The translations under genes were made by a program, and so were the position numbers. The notes below the pieces were generated by a model, which was not told the origin of the DNA, ran no database searches, and saw only the letters and a program-made list of their open reading frames with translations. DNA of 64,000 nucleotides from Candidatus Poribacteria bacterium. Its GTDB lineage: Bacteria > Poribacteria > WGA-4E > PCPOR2b. The stretch's first letter is position 1, and each line of letters opens with the position of its first letter. Below are positions 33,329 through 44,476 of this stretch, piece after piece. The DNA is taken from the NCBI GenBank assembly GCA_965218095.1, contig OZ244587.1, forward strand, positions 5,504,001-5,568,000, given 5' to 3'.

Positions 33329-34501
33329 CTACGCCGGCGGTGTGTAGCTCGCGTCCACCCATGCCCGCTGATTCCCACTTTCCACGGACTTGTGGATGAA
33401 GTGTACGCCCCGCGCGCCATCCTGTGCCGTCGGGAAATCCATATCAAATTCACCGGGCGCTTCACCGGCGATCTTTGCCGCCATTGTACGAGTAGCGTTG
33501 ACATAGATGTTTGCAAACGCTTCGATGAACGCTTCCGGATGTCCAAACGGAAGTCGTGAGTTGTGTGCTACGATTGGGTCAACGTAACCATTTCCACGCT
33601 TATAAACATGCTCAGGCCCATCTAGGAAGCGGACGTGGAGGTAATTCGGATTTTCCTGACGCCACTCAAGGGAGGCATCCGTCCCGTAGATACGGATACG
33701 GAAGTTATTCTCCTCACCAACAGCGATCTGGGAAGCGAAAAGAAGACCCCGTGCACCGCCTTTATAATGCACCAGAAGATTCCCATCGTCTTCGAGCTTG
33801 CGCCCCTCGACGAAGGTGGTTAAGTCTGCGCAGATCGTCTCCAATTCCAGGCCGGTAATGTAGTGCGTGAGGTTCTCTGCGTGCGATCCAATGTCGCCAA
33901 TGCAGGATGAAACCCCCGCTTGATTCGGATCCGTCCGCCAGACTGCTTGCTTTGCACCTTCCCCCTCCAGGAATGTTGTCAACCACCCTTGCGAGTATTC
34001 GACGACGATCTTCCGAACCATTCCGAGCTTTCCCTGCGATACTAACTCACGGGCTTGCTTAACCATCGGATAACCGGTGTAGTTATGCGTCAACGCAAAG
34101 ATAATATCGTGTTGCTTCACCAAGCGGCAGATCGCCTCCGCATCTTCCAGCGTTGTCGTCATCGGCTTATCACAGATAATGTGGAAGCCTGCTTCGATGA
34201 ACATCCTGGCGATGTCAAAATGAACATGGTTTGGCGTCACAATGGACACGAAGTCAACCCGTTCCTCCTCTGGCGCTGCACTCTCTTTTTCTGCCATCTC
34301 CTGATATGAGCCGTACACGCGGTTCGGATCAAGCTGCAACTCCACGCCCTGGCGCCGCGATTTTTCAGGCGACGCAGAGAACGCGCCGGCGACCAGTTCG
34401 ATTTCCCCATCGAGCGCCGCTGCCTTCCGGTGGACGGCGCCAATGAATGCGTCTGGCCCGCCACCGACCATTCCATAACGTATTTTCCTTCTGAGTGGCA
34501 T
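33329..34501 (-). CDS. Gfo/Idh/MocA oxidoreductase
   Basis: GMVGGG, TPNHVH, CDKP, DIGSH. Confidence 0.92.
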   Translation of the reverse strand: MPLRRKIRYGMVGGGPDAFIGAVHRKAAALDGEIELVAGAFSASPEKSRRQGVELQLDPNRVYGSYQEMAEKESAAPEEERVDFVSIVTPNHVHFDIARMFIEAGFHIICDKPMTTTLEDAEAICRLVKQHDIIFALTHNYTGYPMVKQARELVSQGKLGMVRKIVVEYSQGWLTTFLEGEGAKQAVWRTDPNQAGVSSCIGDIGSHAENLTHYITGLELETICADLTTFVEGRKLEDDGNLLVHYKGGARGLLFASQIAVGEENNFRIRIYGTDASLEWRQENPNYLHVRFLDGPEHVYKRGNGYVDPIVAHNSRLPFGHPEAFIEAFANIYVNATRTMAAKIAGEAPGEFDMDFPTAQDGARGVHFIHKSVESGNQRAWVDASYTPPA

Positions 34502-34809
34502 ATTGACCTCTCCTTACGATTTCAAAATTAACGCACAAAAATAGGCAGAGATTCCGTTTATCTCCTAAATTCTGGTTGGTATGATTCCACTATTTGCGAA
34601 CACTGATTATAGCATGATTGGGGATTCTTGTCAATCGGTAGGTGTACCAAAATTTATCAATCCCTTGCACCGCAAGCGCAAAAGATGGTAAACTTGCCAT
34701 GACCCTGTTTATCATAGGGCTTACGTGGTTGATTTGATCAATGCAAGCTTCACAGGACGGTACTTTTAAATTTGAAGTGCGTAACTTCTACATCATCAGG
34801 AGGGTGTGT

Positions 34810-35805
34810 ATGGCATTACGAGTTGCAGTGATTGGAATGCGCGGGATTGGCAATACGCATGCCAATGTTTATCACGAGAACGACCTCGCGGAGTTGGTTG
34901 CTGTGTGTGATCTCGTCAAAGAGCGGGCGGACGAATCGGCCCAGCGGCTGGGTGTAAAGGTGTATTACAGCGTCGCAGATCTTTTGGAAAACGAGGAACT
35001 CGACGCCGTCAGCGTCGCAACAGGGGGATTTGAAAACGGCGGCGATCATTTCGAGCCGACGATGCAGGCGCTTGAGGTGGGACTTCATGTGTTGTGTGAA
35101 AAGCCGTTGTCGAACGATGTGGCTCGCGCTCGGGAGATGGTCAACAAAGCGAAGGAAAAAGGGGTTTGCCTCGGAACGAATCTCAACCACCGCTTCACAC
35201 CGTTGGCGATTCAAGCAAAGGAATGGGTGACGAGCGGAAGGCTTGGCGAACTCCTCTTTATCAACATGGCGCTGTGGATTGAGAATCCGAATGAGACATC
35301 ACCGTTTTTCCATCTCAGAGCCCTGCATCCCCATTCGCTCGACGTGATAATGTACTTCTGTGGTCAAGTGGAGAAAGTGCATGCGTTTGCGATGCGTGCG
35401 CCGGGCAGGCGTAATTGGAGCAATGCTTCGATTAACCTCCAATTCAAGAATGGCGCGATTGGGCATCTCAGTGGGAGTTACGATGCAGGGCGCCTCAATG
35501 AACGGTGCGAGGTGGCCGGGACCAATGGACAGTTTGTTATCGACGGGGTGTTCGAGAAGCTGACGTTTTATCCACGACGCGGCGGTGATATCGAAGAGTA
35601 TTTCAACCCACCGACGAGGGAAGAAGGGCACATGGACTCTTTCGCGGATACGTTCAAAACACGGATCGGCGCATGGACACGACAACTTGTCGATGGCGTT
35701 TCACCCGATGAGATTGATGCCTCCGGTGCTGCGGGGCTTGCGACGCAGGAAATCATCGAAGCGGCGATTGAGTCGTTCCAGACCGATACGGTTGTGACGC
35801 TGTAA
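34810..35805 (+). CDS. Gfo/Idh/MocA oxidoreductase
   Basis: VAVIGMRGIG, CEKP, NHRF. Confidence 0.9.
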   Translation: MALRVAVIGMRGIGNTHANVYHENDLAELVAVCDLVKERADESAQRLGVKVYYSVADLLENEELDAVSVATGGFENGGDHFEPTMQALEVGLHVLCEKPLSNDVARAREMVNKAKEKGVCLGTNLNHRFTPLAIQAKEWVTSGRLGELLFINMALWIENPNETSPFFHLRALHPHSLDVIMYFCGQVEKVHAFAMRAPGRRNWSNASINLQFKNGAIGHLSGSYDAGRLNERCEVAGTNGQFVIDGVFEKLTFYPRRGGDIEEYFNPPTREEGHMDSFADTFKTRIGAWTRQLVDGVSPDEIDASGAAGLATQEIIEAAIESFQTDTVVTL

Positions 35806-36037
35806 CTATTCCTGATGTCTTTCAAGATAGGGAATCGCGAATTCTCCCTTATGGGATGCTGATGGGGAAGGCAACCTCAAAGATCTGCATCGGGTGGAAC
35901 GAGCAAAACCGGTGCCCATAAAGAGCACGAAAAAACGCGGCGTCATTCCCTTATATTGATTGAATTTGATGGCTATGATCGGATTGAATATATATAATCA
36001 GCCAATCCACAAACCAAAATCTGAAATTCACAATCAA

Positions 36038-37036
36038 ATGACGCTCACGAAAATGCCTATCATCACTGTTAAGCATCTCAGCAAGAATTTCAAAGTCTAT
36101 AAACGCCGCACGGGGTTTTGGGGAAGTCTCAGCAACACAGTCTCGCGCAAGTATGATATTATCAAAGCCGTTGATAATGTGAATTTCACCCTTGAGCGTG
36201 GGGAATTGGTGGGATACATCGGTGCCAACGGGGCGGGGAAATCGACAACCATCAAAATGCTGACGGGCATCCTTGTGCCAACTTCGGGACATATTGACGT
36301 GATGGGATTGACGCCATATCACCGCCGGAAGGAAAACGCACGCCGGATTGGTGTCGTGTTCGGACAACGCACCCAACTCTGGTGGGATCTGCCTGTTATT
36401 GACTCCTTTGAGCTGCTCAAGCATATCTACGAAATTCCTCAGAAAGTGTATAAACAGAATCTCGAATTTTTCAGCGAACTGTTGCAATTACAGCCGTTTC
36501 TCTCCACGCCGGTGCGGAAACTGAGTCTTGGACAGCGGATGCGGTGCGATCTGACCGCGGCACTGCTGCATAACCCGGAAATCCTGTATTTAGATGAGCC
36601 GACCATCGGCTTGGATGTGGTCGCCAAAGAGCAGGTTCGCCAGTTTCTCAGGCAGATTAACGCCAAACACCAAGTGACGGTTATCCTGACGACGCATGAC
36701 CTCAACGATATCGAGAAAGTCTGTCAACGATTGATTATCATTGACAGCGGCAAAATCATCTATGACGGCGGCGTTGATGCGTTGAAAAAACGCTACGGCA
36801 AAACCCGGATGCTCATTGTTGACCTTGCACAGACGTATCCCGATATTCAACTTGCGGGCGTGAATCTGACCCGGCGCGAAGGAAATCGTATCTGGCTTGG
36901 GTTTGACCGAGATACGGTTTCCGCTTCCGAAGTCATCGCACAGTTGGCTGCGCGCTACGAGATTCAAGATTTGACAATCTCAGAACCGGAAATTGAGGAG
37001 ATTGTTCGACGGATATATGGGGCGGGCATGCGTTAA
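36038..37036 (+). CDS. ABC-2 type transporter ATP-binding protein
   Basis: GANGAGKS, VVFGQRTQLWWDLP, LSLGQRM, LDEPT. Confidence 0.92.
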   Translation: MTLTKMPIITVKHLSKNFKVYKRRTGFWGSLSNTVSRKYDIIKAVDNVNFTLERGELVGYIGANGAGKSTTIKMLTGILVPTSGHIDVMGLTPYHRRKENARRIGVVFGQRTQLWWDLPVIDSFELLKHIYEIPQKVYKQNLEFFSELLQLQPFLSTPVRKLSLGQRMRCDLTAALLHNPEILYLDEPTIGLDVVAKEQVRQFLRQINAKHQVTVILTTHDLNDIEKVCQRLIIIDSGKIIYDGGVDALKKRYGKTRMLIVDLAQTYPDIQLAGVNLTRREGNRIWLGFDRDTVSASEVIAQLAARYEIQDLTISEPEIEEIVRRIYGAGMR

Positions 37037-37058
37037 CCCAAGTATTAATCTATTGGAG

Positions 37059-37154
37059 AGAAACCGAGTTTTTCATTGGCGAATCGCCCACGAGCATTCA
37101 ATTCAGCCGATTTGGGCAACAATTGTGGGGGTAGGTTTCAAAAACTCGGTTTCT
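37059..37154. repeat. AGAAACCGAGTTTTT inverted-repeat element (copy 2)
   Basis: 15-bp terminal inverted repeats as at 1343. Confidence 0.7.
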
Positions 37155-37183
37155 GACGGATGGCTTATCTGGGTGGAAACTTA

Positions 37184-37306
37184 GGGCGTGTTGACGAACT
37201 CAGGGAAACGCACTCGTCACACGCTTCCGCTCGAGCGGAAAAGGCATTTCCCGATCCTTTGGATTGGCAAATCCAAAGGGAGCAAGAGGAATTCGTCAAC
37301 AGCCCC
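37184..37306. mobile_element. MITE-like element
   Basis: Ends GGGCGTGTTGACGAACT / AATTCGTCAACAGCCCC flanked by TA; related copy at 47375-47502. Confidence 0.6.
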
Positions 37307-37551
37307 TAGGTGAGTTAAGTCATTTTCAGTATTTTGGAAGGTTGGAAGAATGGAAGGATGGGGTTTGCCCTTGTGCGTCCTTCGGATGGTCAGATGACTG
37401 AGCACATCTCGCCCTTCGCCTTGTCACTCCAAAAAATGCCCAAATCAGGGGTTGACGCACCTTGATTTCTGCACCACCCTCTGAACTCCTGAACTCAAGG
37501 GTTGACGCTTAGAATTATGCACCACCCTCATTTAATACCCACTTACCATTT

Positions 37552-38352
37552 ATGATGAAGAAATACCTCGCTTTTACGGCAAAAGCCTTTCAGCGGATGC
37601 TGACATATCGGTTCGAATTATGGATGGAACTGTTTATCAACGTGCTGTTCATGCTGGTCTATGTCTATCTGTGGAAGGCATTATACACGGAGCGAACATC
37701 GGTAGAAGGATACGACCTGAACGGGATTCTGACGTATATCGTCATCTCACAGACCTTGCTGTCCTTCACTTTTACACTCCGGGTGACGCGTATTATCGAA
37801 GATAAGGTACGCACCGGCAAGGTGGTCACGGATTTAATGAAACCGGTCGATTTTCAGTTGATGACGCTTGCTACGGCCGCGGGAACTTCGAGCCATATGG
37901 CACTATTCAATATGTTCCCCAAACTCTTACTGTTTTACGGCCTTCTGAGGCTATCGCTACCGCCATCGCTTTCGACTGTAGGGCTCTTTATCATCAGCGT
38001 GGTCTTAGGGTATCTCATTCTATTTAGTATCGAATTTATAATCGGCATGTTGGCCTTCTGGCTTGTCGAAGTCCGCGGCATTTACTACTTTGTTGTATGG
38101 GGGGTATCTATGTTGTTTTCAGGCTACTTTCTGCCGTTGGAGTTCTATCCCGACTTCTTAGCCAAAATCGCGGCGCTCTTGCCGTTTCGTGCTATTATCT
38201 ATTTTCCAACGGCCCTTTATACCGGCCAATTGACAGGCACCTCCCTGGTCACGGCACTGTTGATACAATTGACATGGGTGGTTGTGTTATTGGGGCTTGG
38301 GCGACTTGGATACCGCGCGGACTTCCGGAAACTGGTTGTTCAGGGCGGATAA
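37552..38352 (+). CDS. ABC-2 family transporter permease
   Basis: Six TM segments, DLMKPV, FSGYFLPLEFYP, C-terminal VQGG. Confidence 0.88.
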   Translation: MMKKYLAFTAKAFQRMLTYRFELWMELFINVLFMLVYVYLWKALYTERTSVEGYDLNGILTYIVISQTLLSFTFTLRVTRIIEDKVRTGKVVTDLMKPVDFQLMTLATAAGTSSHMALFNMFPKLLLFYGLLRLSLPPSLSTVGLFIISVVLGYLILFSIEFIIGMLAFWLVEVRGIYYFVVWGVSMLFSGYFLPLEFYPDFLAKIAALLPFRAIIYFPTALYTGQLTGTSLVTALLIQLTWVVVLLGLGRLGYRADFRKLVVQGG

Positions 38353-38549
38353 AATGAGTACAACTGAAAAATGGTCTGAATCACGAATTAAACAGATGGC
38401 ACGGATAACGCGGATTAAGAACCGATTCAACCTTTCGATAATAAATCCGCGAACAGTCGGCAATTCGGACAATTTCTGAATCCCCGAAGGGCAAGATACA
38501 AGGACAAACGTCAATCTTCCATTCGTCGCGATACGTTCTGTCAAGTCCT

Positions 38550-39369
38550 GGTTCTGTTGACATTTCAAGGGAGCCATATAAGAGTAGAGACAAAGCTGAG
38601 AAATCCAAAATAACGGATAGCTAACTTCTCGAACCGAGAGAAGATGCGGCGATACCATTTTATCTTGTTAATGAAACATTCAACCAGATGTCTCTCTTTG
38701 TACAGATGTTTGTCGTAATCTCTTTGGTCAACACGATGACTTTTGGGCGGTATCACCGCAATCGCTCCATTCGCCTCAATAACGGCGATAAAATTGTCGG
38801 AGTCATATCCCTTGTCTCCAATCACATACTCGCTTTTATATCCAAGTATCAACCCTTCTGCTTCCGCTATGTCGTTTCTTTGACCGGGTGTCAGATGTAT
38901 TCTTAGGGGATTACCCAGGCCGTCAACGGTGATGTGAATTTTTGTACTGAATCCCCCGCGAGAGCAGCCTAACGCTTGGTTTTCAGTGCCACCCTTTTTT
39001 TTAAGGCACCCGCCGCAGACGGGTGCGCGCGGCAGATTGTACTGTCCACAATAAGCGACTCGATATCGGGGTCGGCGGCGAAGTGGGGATGCATCTGTGT
39101 GAAGACCCCTTTGTCGCACCACCGAGCAAACCGCTTATAGAGGGTGTTCGATTTACCATAGGTGTCTGGCAGAAGTCTCCATTGAGCCCCGCTACGGGGC
39201 GCCCAGAGAACAGCTTCGATAAAGCGGCGTGTTGTCGCTTCGTTGCCAACATAGATGGTGGGACAAGTTAGAAGAAACGAGTATATCTTTTTCCATTGGT
39301 CATCGGGTAAGGTTATTGGCATCATTCTTCTATTATGCCACAACCTTATACTCAAATATCAACAGAACC
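38550..39369 (-). mobile_element. IS5-family insertion sequence (copy 1)
   Basis: 820 bp, IR GGTTCTGTTGA, two-ORF transposase (SGAQWRLLP; GDKGYDS; YKERHLVECFINKIKWYRR). Confidence 0.92.
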
Positions 39370-39375
39370 TAATAT

Positions 39376-39650
39376 AGGTTTACATGAAATCACCTGAACT
39401 TCTAGTCATTTAGAGAGACTTTTTGACGACTTTTCTGATAAACCGCCTCAGGGGTTTGATATCCCAAACTGAGATGAGGCCGCTCGTTGCTATAGATAGA
39501 AACGCTTTGTTTGACGCCAACTGTGGCTTGTTGTATCAAGCCAAAGGTCTGATTTAACAGAAAGTCGATTTTCAAAATGCCATTGACCTGTTCAGCGACG
39601 GCGTTTTGGTAGACGTCGCCGTTTTGTGTCATGCTCATTCGCACGCCATG
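39376..39650 (-). mobile_element. IS3-family transposase 3' remnant (different element)
   Basis: SMTQNGDVYQNAVAEQVNGILK...YSNERPHLSLGYQTP. Confidence 0.75.
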
Positions 39651-39674
39651 TGAATCAAGGAAATCGGTGTAGGT

Positions 39675-40492
39675 ATGACAACAGTATTGGACACCTCACT
39701 TATGCGACGTTACTGCAAACTCTACTTTCTTCTCGCCGGCGCGTATGTGCGCACCGGCTCTCGTTCGGTCTCATGTGCCTCGGAATCGTTGCCAGCGAAG
39801 CCTGTCTGCTCGGCCTGTTAGGTGCTTTGTTCGCCAAGTTTCGCGCTGTGAATGGGTGGACGTGGGCAGAAGTTGTATTCCTGTACGGCCTAGGGAACAT
39901 GGCGTACTCACTCATGATGATATTGGGCAGCCAGCTCGACGATTTTGACAGGTACATTATTCGTGGCGAGTTGGACACAGTGCTGATTAAACCTGTGCCG
40001 CCGCTATTCTACATTCTTGCGAGTCAAGTGGAGTTCATCCACGTCTCGCGGGCGTTAGCAAGTATCGCTATCTTCGTTGTCGCGTTCCACTTGACCGATA
40101 TCCCTTGGACGATGAGCGTTACGCTGTTCACCCTCACAACAATTCTGAGTGGTACGGTGATTATGTTTACACTCATGCTCATCACTGCCACTGTCGCGCT
40201 ATGGGCGACAAAATCGGGAAAATTGACCAATCTGCTCATTACCGCGACCAAAGAGGCAGCCACTTTTCCCATCTCCATCTACCCGCTCGCCGTGCGCCTA
40301 CTTTTGACGTTTATTCTCCCCGTCGCTTTCGTGACGTATTATCCCGCCCAGCGGCTCCTTCAGAAAGGTGAGTTTCTCGGTATGCCTGAATATTTTCAAT
40401 TCGGCGCGCCCTTCGTTGCCATTCTGTTGTTGTTTTTTAGCTATGTATTTTGGTGGCTCGGGCTGCGGCGCTATCACAGTACAGGCTCCTGA
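39675..40492 (+). pseudogene. ABC-2 family permease (second subunit), frameshifted near the 5' end
   Basis: ATG 39675 frame (MRRYCKLYFLL) shifts near 39750 into the frame with GELDTVLIKPV, FPISIYP, YHSTGS. Confidence 0.75.
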
Positions 40493-40791
40493 GGCGTTGC
40501 ACATCGAAGGATCCCAATCGAGGATCGGGACAAGCCTTCGATTCTCAGGGATTTTTACCATTACCACGTCTGTTCACTCTCACCTCCGTTCTCTCTTTTC
40601 TCGCCCGGATCTTTGATCGGGGTCTATGCCGGGCTGCTGATTAGCGATGTGCTGGGGTGATGCCATTTCTATATACTGGAGGGGAAAGCCTGTTATATCC
40701 TCCATGTCCCTGAACTGGATCGCTAGATGATCTGGAGACAAGTCTATTGGCAAGTTGATTTTGGGCTTGAATTGCGTGTACAAATATCTTA

Positions 40792-41728
40792 ACCCAAGTT
40801 GCCACCTATTATCGAATAGGCGATTGAACTCAGAGTTGATTGATACTGCTGGCTAATACAAACAAGACCACTTTCAATTCAAATCCCTGTCGTGTCACCG
40901 CATGGATACAACGGGGGAGCAATCTCTCAATTAAACTCCCAACCGTCTCAACAGACTTACGATAGTAATTAGCCAAATAGGTCTCCCATGGCGGGTAGGC
41001 ACGCTTGGAATTCTGCTTGCGTATCGGCTTTAATTCCACTTCGACTGTTGCAACTATATCTTCTATCTCATAGTTATTGTACGCTTTGTCACCGTAGACT
41101 CGACTCCCCGGTGGCAAGTCGAAATCAAACCACTGTAACCCTTCAACGTCGCCTGTGCCCGCTGAGGTCACAAAGAATTCAACCGGTTGTTGGCTCGCGG
41201 TCACTAGCAGATGAACCTTCAAGCCATAGAAATACCGACGTTTGGACGCTTGATAGCCCCGAAATGCCTCATCGGTGTAGAGTTTCGACCGACAAATACG
41301 AATATTGTCACAGACCGCAATCGGCATAGTATCCATCACATAGATTTTCTGTTGATTGAGTTGTACATAGCTTTGTGCCAAGATTTTGAACAATGTGATG
41401 AACATCGGTTTAATTCGATGAAGTCGTCGATTGAATCGACTCTTTGAGAGCATCTTTGGGATATAGCCATGAGTGTGGAGAAAGTCTCGAGTTGTTTGAA
41501 AGTTTGCCCCAAAAAACAGGGCAGCGACGCCGCCGGTGGTCATCACCTCGGCATCAGACATCTGAGTTTGTGGGTGCGGTCTCGGGTTAAAGGCTTCTAA
41601 GAGCTTGTCACAGAGATAGAAAATGGTTGCAATTTGTATGTCCATGGGTTTCTCCTTTGAGGTGTTATGGTTGACTACCTCAATTTTAACGGAAAACCCA
41701 TGGATTTTCAATTACTAGCAACTTGGGT
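40792..41728 (-). mobile_element. IS982-family insertion sequence
   Basis: IR ACCCAAGTTGC at both ends; single DDE transposase. Confidence 0.88.
40830..41645 (-). CDS. IS982-family transposase
   Basis: MSDAEV, SRFNRR, DTMP, YFYGLKVH, GDKAY, RKSVET. Confidence 0.9.
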   Translation of the reverse strand: MDIQIATIFYLCDKLLEAFNPRPHPQTQMSDAEVMTTGGVAALFFGANFQTTRDFLHTHGYIPKMLSKSRFNRRLHRIKPMFITLFKILAQSYVQLNQQKIYVMDTMPIAVCDNIRICRSKLYTDEAFRGYQASKRRYFYGLKVHLLVTASQQPVEFFVTSAGTGDVEGLQWFDFDLPPGSRVYGDKAYNNYEIEDIVATVEVELKPIRKQNSKRAYPPWETYLANYYRKSVETVGSLIERLLPRCIHAVTRQGFELKVVLFVLASSINQL

Positions 41729-41729
41729 T

Positions 41730-41812
41730 ATATTATCAAAATCATTATCGCAGTCAGCTTCTATCTTTAACCGAATCTTGCGGATTTCTTCGACTATAGG
41801 GTCTTTCCACAT
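41730..41812 (-). pseudogene. Small hypothetical gene (MWKDPIVEEIRKIR...) split by IS982
   Basis: ORF start reads into the IS end and plausibly resumes below 40790. Confidence 0.5.
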
Positions 41813-42085
41813 AACAGTTGGTTTCATAGTGAGAGATTTTCGGTTCGCGTTTGGCACCACATCCCCACCAAACTTTAAAGTTGTCAGCGTAAGATTCTGT
41901 TCAAGGATATGTGCAACACATAACTGACATTCTTAGACGAAAAACTCCGTCAAGTCACAAATATTATAGCATGATCGTCTGGACTTAGAAATTCTTTTTT
42001 CGCTTGACGGAAATCGAGGGATGTGATAAATTCCGACTAATCTGCTTTCCAATATATCATCCTTCCACGACGTTCAAAACATCAC

Positions 42086-42559
42086 ATGCGCATGACATTC
42101 CTACCGGCTTTGATACAATGGCTTCACGTCGGATTAGTCGTGCTGCTGATTGGCGGCTTCTTCTTTCTCCGGGTGATTCTTCTGCCTTCGACCAAAGTGC
42201 TTCCCGAAAATCAGCAGTCCAAACTCCTAGAAGCGGCATTTCGCCGATTCAGGGTTACCATCTGGGTCGCGCTGGTGACAATTCTGTTGTCCGGCGTTTA
42301 CAATTTTATCGCCTTCATGAAATCGACGAGAGCCGCCGCTTGGGAATCCATCGAACCTGCCCAGGATCCTTCCTTATATATCCTTGTATTAGGAGTCAAG
42401 CTCTTTATCGTCTTTCTCATATTTACCTTCGGCATTCTGATGACGTTCCCTTATCCTGTTTTCGCGCCTATCCAAAAACGTCCTGCGTCATGGCTGAACT
42501 TGACGCTGGTGTTGGGGCTGATCGTGATCTTCTTGTCGGCGTTTCTGCGGCGGTTGTAG
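42086..42559 (+). CDS. Four-TM membrane protein (CopD-like)
   Basis: WLHV..IGG, LSGVYN, GVKL motifs. Confidence 0.65.
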   Translation: MRMTFLPALIQWLHVGLVVLLIGGFFFLRVILLPSTKVLPENQQSKLLEAAFRRFRVTIWVALVTILLSGVYNFIAFMKSTRAAAWESIEPAQDPSLYILVLGVKLFIVFLIFTFGILMTFPYPVFAPIQKRPASWLNLTLVLGLIVIFLSAFLRRL

Positions 42560-42886
42560 TTGCCTGGATTCCAATGACTAAACTCAATCCTTTTCGCCCG
42601 GCGATGTTTTAAACCGCAAATTATCCACCCGACCGGTGAAATCCCAACTACTCCCCCGAAGGATAGTTCTCGTAATCACTGTCGGCTCCAAGTCTGGATT
42701 GTAGGGATGCGTTTCGACGCCAAACCAACCGTCGCGGACATTTTCCTTATGACCGCACAAATGTATGATTTCTTTCAGATTTGGCGAAGTGTAGATAACC
42801 CACCCGTTTTGTCGTATTTCCAGGGGGAGCGCCTCGCCGCCAGCCGGGATGGCAATCCTGACATAGTAGTTCGCAACCCTCGCCGC

Positions 42887-44317
42887 CTAAGACGGCTGGA
42901 ATAACCGCGTTCGGGTTTCAGTCCAATCCTCCGGGAGCGGATGAAAGGCGCCTTCGCCACAGTACCCCGGTCCGATCTTGGTGGCGTGACCCTGGCCAGT
43001 GACCTGAAATCGTGTGCCATTGAGTTCTGGAAGAACGTACCGGCTAAACCAGAAAGCGAGTTGTTGGCGCATCTCCTTCACCAGCGCTTGTTTTGATTTC
43101 TCATCCACAAGGTTCTTCCGTTCGTCCGGATCGACAACTAGATCATAGAGTTCGTGGGGACCGTAAGGATAGCGATGCACATATTTCCATTCCTGTGTCC
43201 GTATCATGCGGACCGGTCCATATTCGTCGAAGATAACGACCCCATCCTGTGCATCATTTGTCTCACCGAGAAGCACCGGCAGAAAGCTTCGTCCGGGGCG
43301 CAGCGGATCTTCTGGGGTTTCCAAGCCGAGATAGTCAAGTAGGGTGAGCATGAAATCATACTGGCTCACCAACGCTTCGGTGACACGCCCTCGTGCGAAG
43401 TCTCCGGTGTGGCTCATGATAAAGGGGACTTTGACGGAGTTTTCGTACATATTTCAGAGGGAAGGTGCCATTCCCCTTGTGCCAGAAGCCGTGATGTCCA
43501 CAGGAATAACCGTTGTCGTTGCTGAAGATGATTAGCGTATTGTCCCGTAAGCCAAGCCGATTAAGCCGTTCCAAGATACGACCAAGGTTCAGATCCATCA
43601 CCGTTATCGCAGCGAAATAGCCCTTCAACGATTCCCGGTTCCCCATGTGGTTGCGAGAATCGGGTCTCGCCCAGGCGTGCAATGCTTCCTGGGGGCACGT
43701 TTTGAATGGGCAATCAGCGTAGGATCCACAATGTCCTGCGGGTGTCCGGTGAAAGGTGTGTGCGGTGCGTTGTAGTGGACGCTGAGATAGAACGACTGAT
43801 CTTTGTTCGCCTCAATAAATTGCAAGGCATCGTCCGTAATGACATCGGTGAGATAGCTAGGCTGCACGCCCACCACTCCATCACGAATCATCTCCGCGTC
43901 GTTATATTGACTTCCCCCGGTTGGCATCGAAAACCAGTGACTGAAGCCGTGCTGCTGCGTCATGCTGTCGCCGAGATGCCACTTCCCACTGAGTCCGACA
44001 GTATAGCCGTTGGCCTTCAGCACATCTGTGTAACAGGTGAGCCCCTCAAGGTATCTTGCGGGATTTGGCGGCATGTTTCCATCTCGAATCCAGTTATGCA
44101 CGCCGTGCGCCGACGGAATCCTCCCGGTCATCACGCTGGCGCGCGCCGGCGAACAGACGGGAGAGGTACAAAAAAAGTTCTCGAAACGCACGCCGGTCGC
44201 CGCTAATCGGTCAATATTCGGGGTGCGAACCTCATCATTCCCGCAGCAGCCTGCCGCCCAGGGCCCCTGATCATCCGTGAGAATAAAGATTACATTGGAT
44301 CTATTGGAATTAGACAT
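42887..44317 (-). pseudogene. Sulfatase, two frameshifts
   Basis: ILTDDQG, CSPAR, GKWHLG, DNG..GHHG, YENSVKVP split over three frames. Confidence 0.88.
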
Positions 44318-44476
44318 TAATTGCGTTCCTTTTTCGTCAACCTTCAGGGGTTCAGTTTCTAATTCCCATTGCAATGGTGTGAAGGTACATCTGCTTCAGA
44401 TGAATCAAATCTGACGACAAACCTTCCGAAGGTTACTGATGTTAATCGAATTCACCAATTTACCATTCACCCTTAC

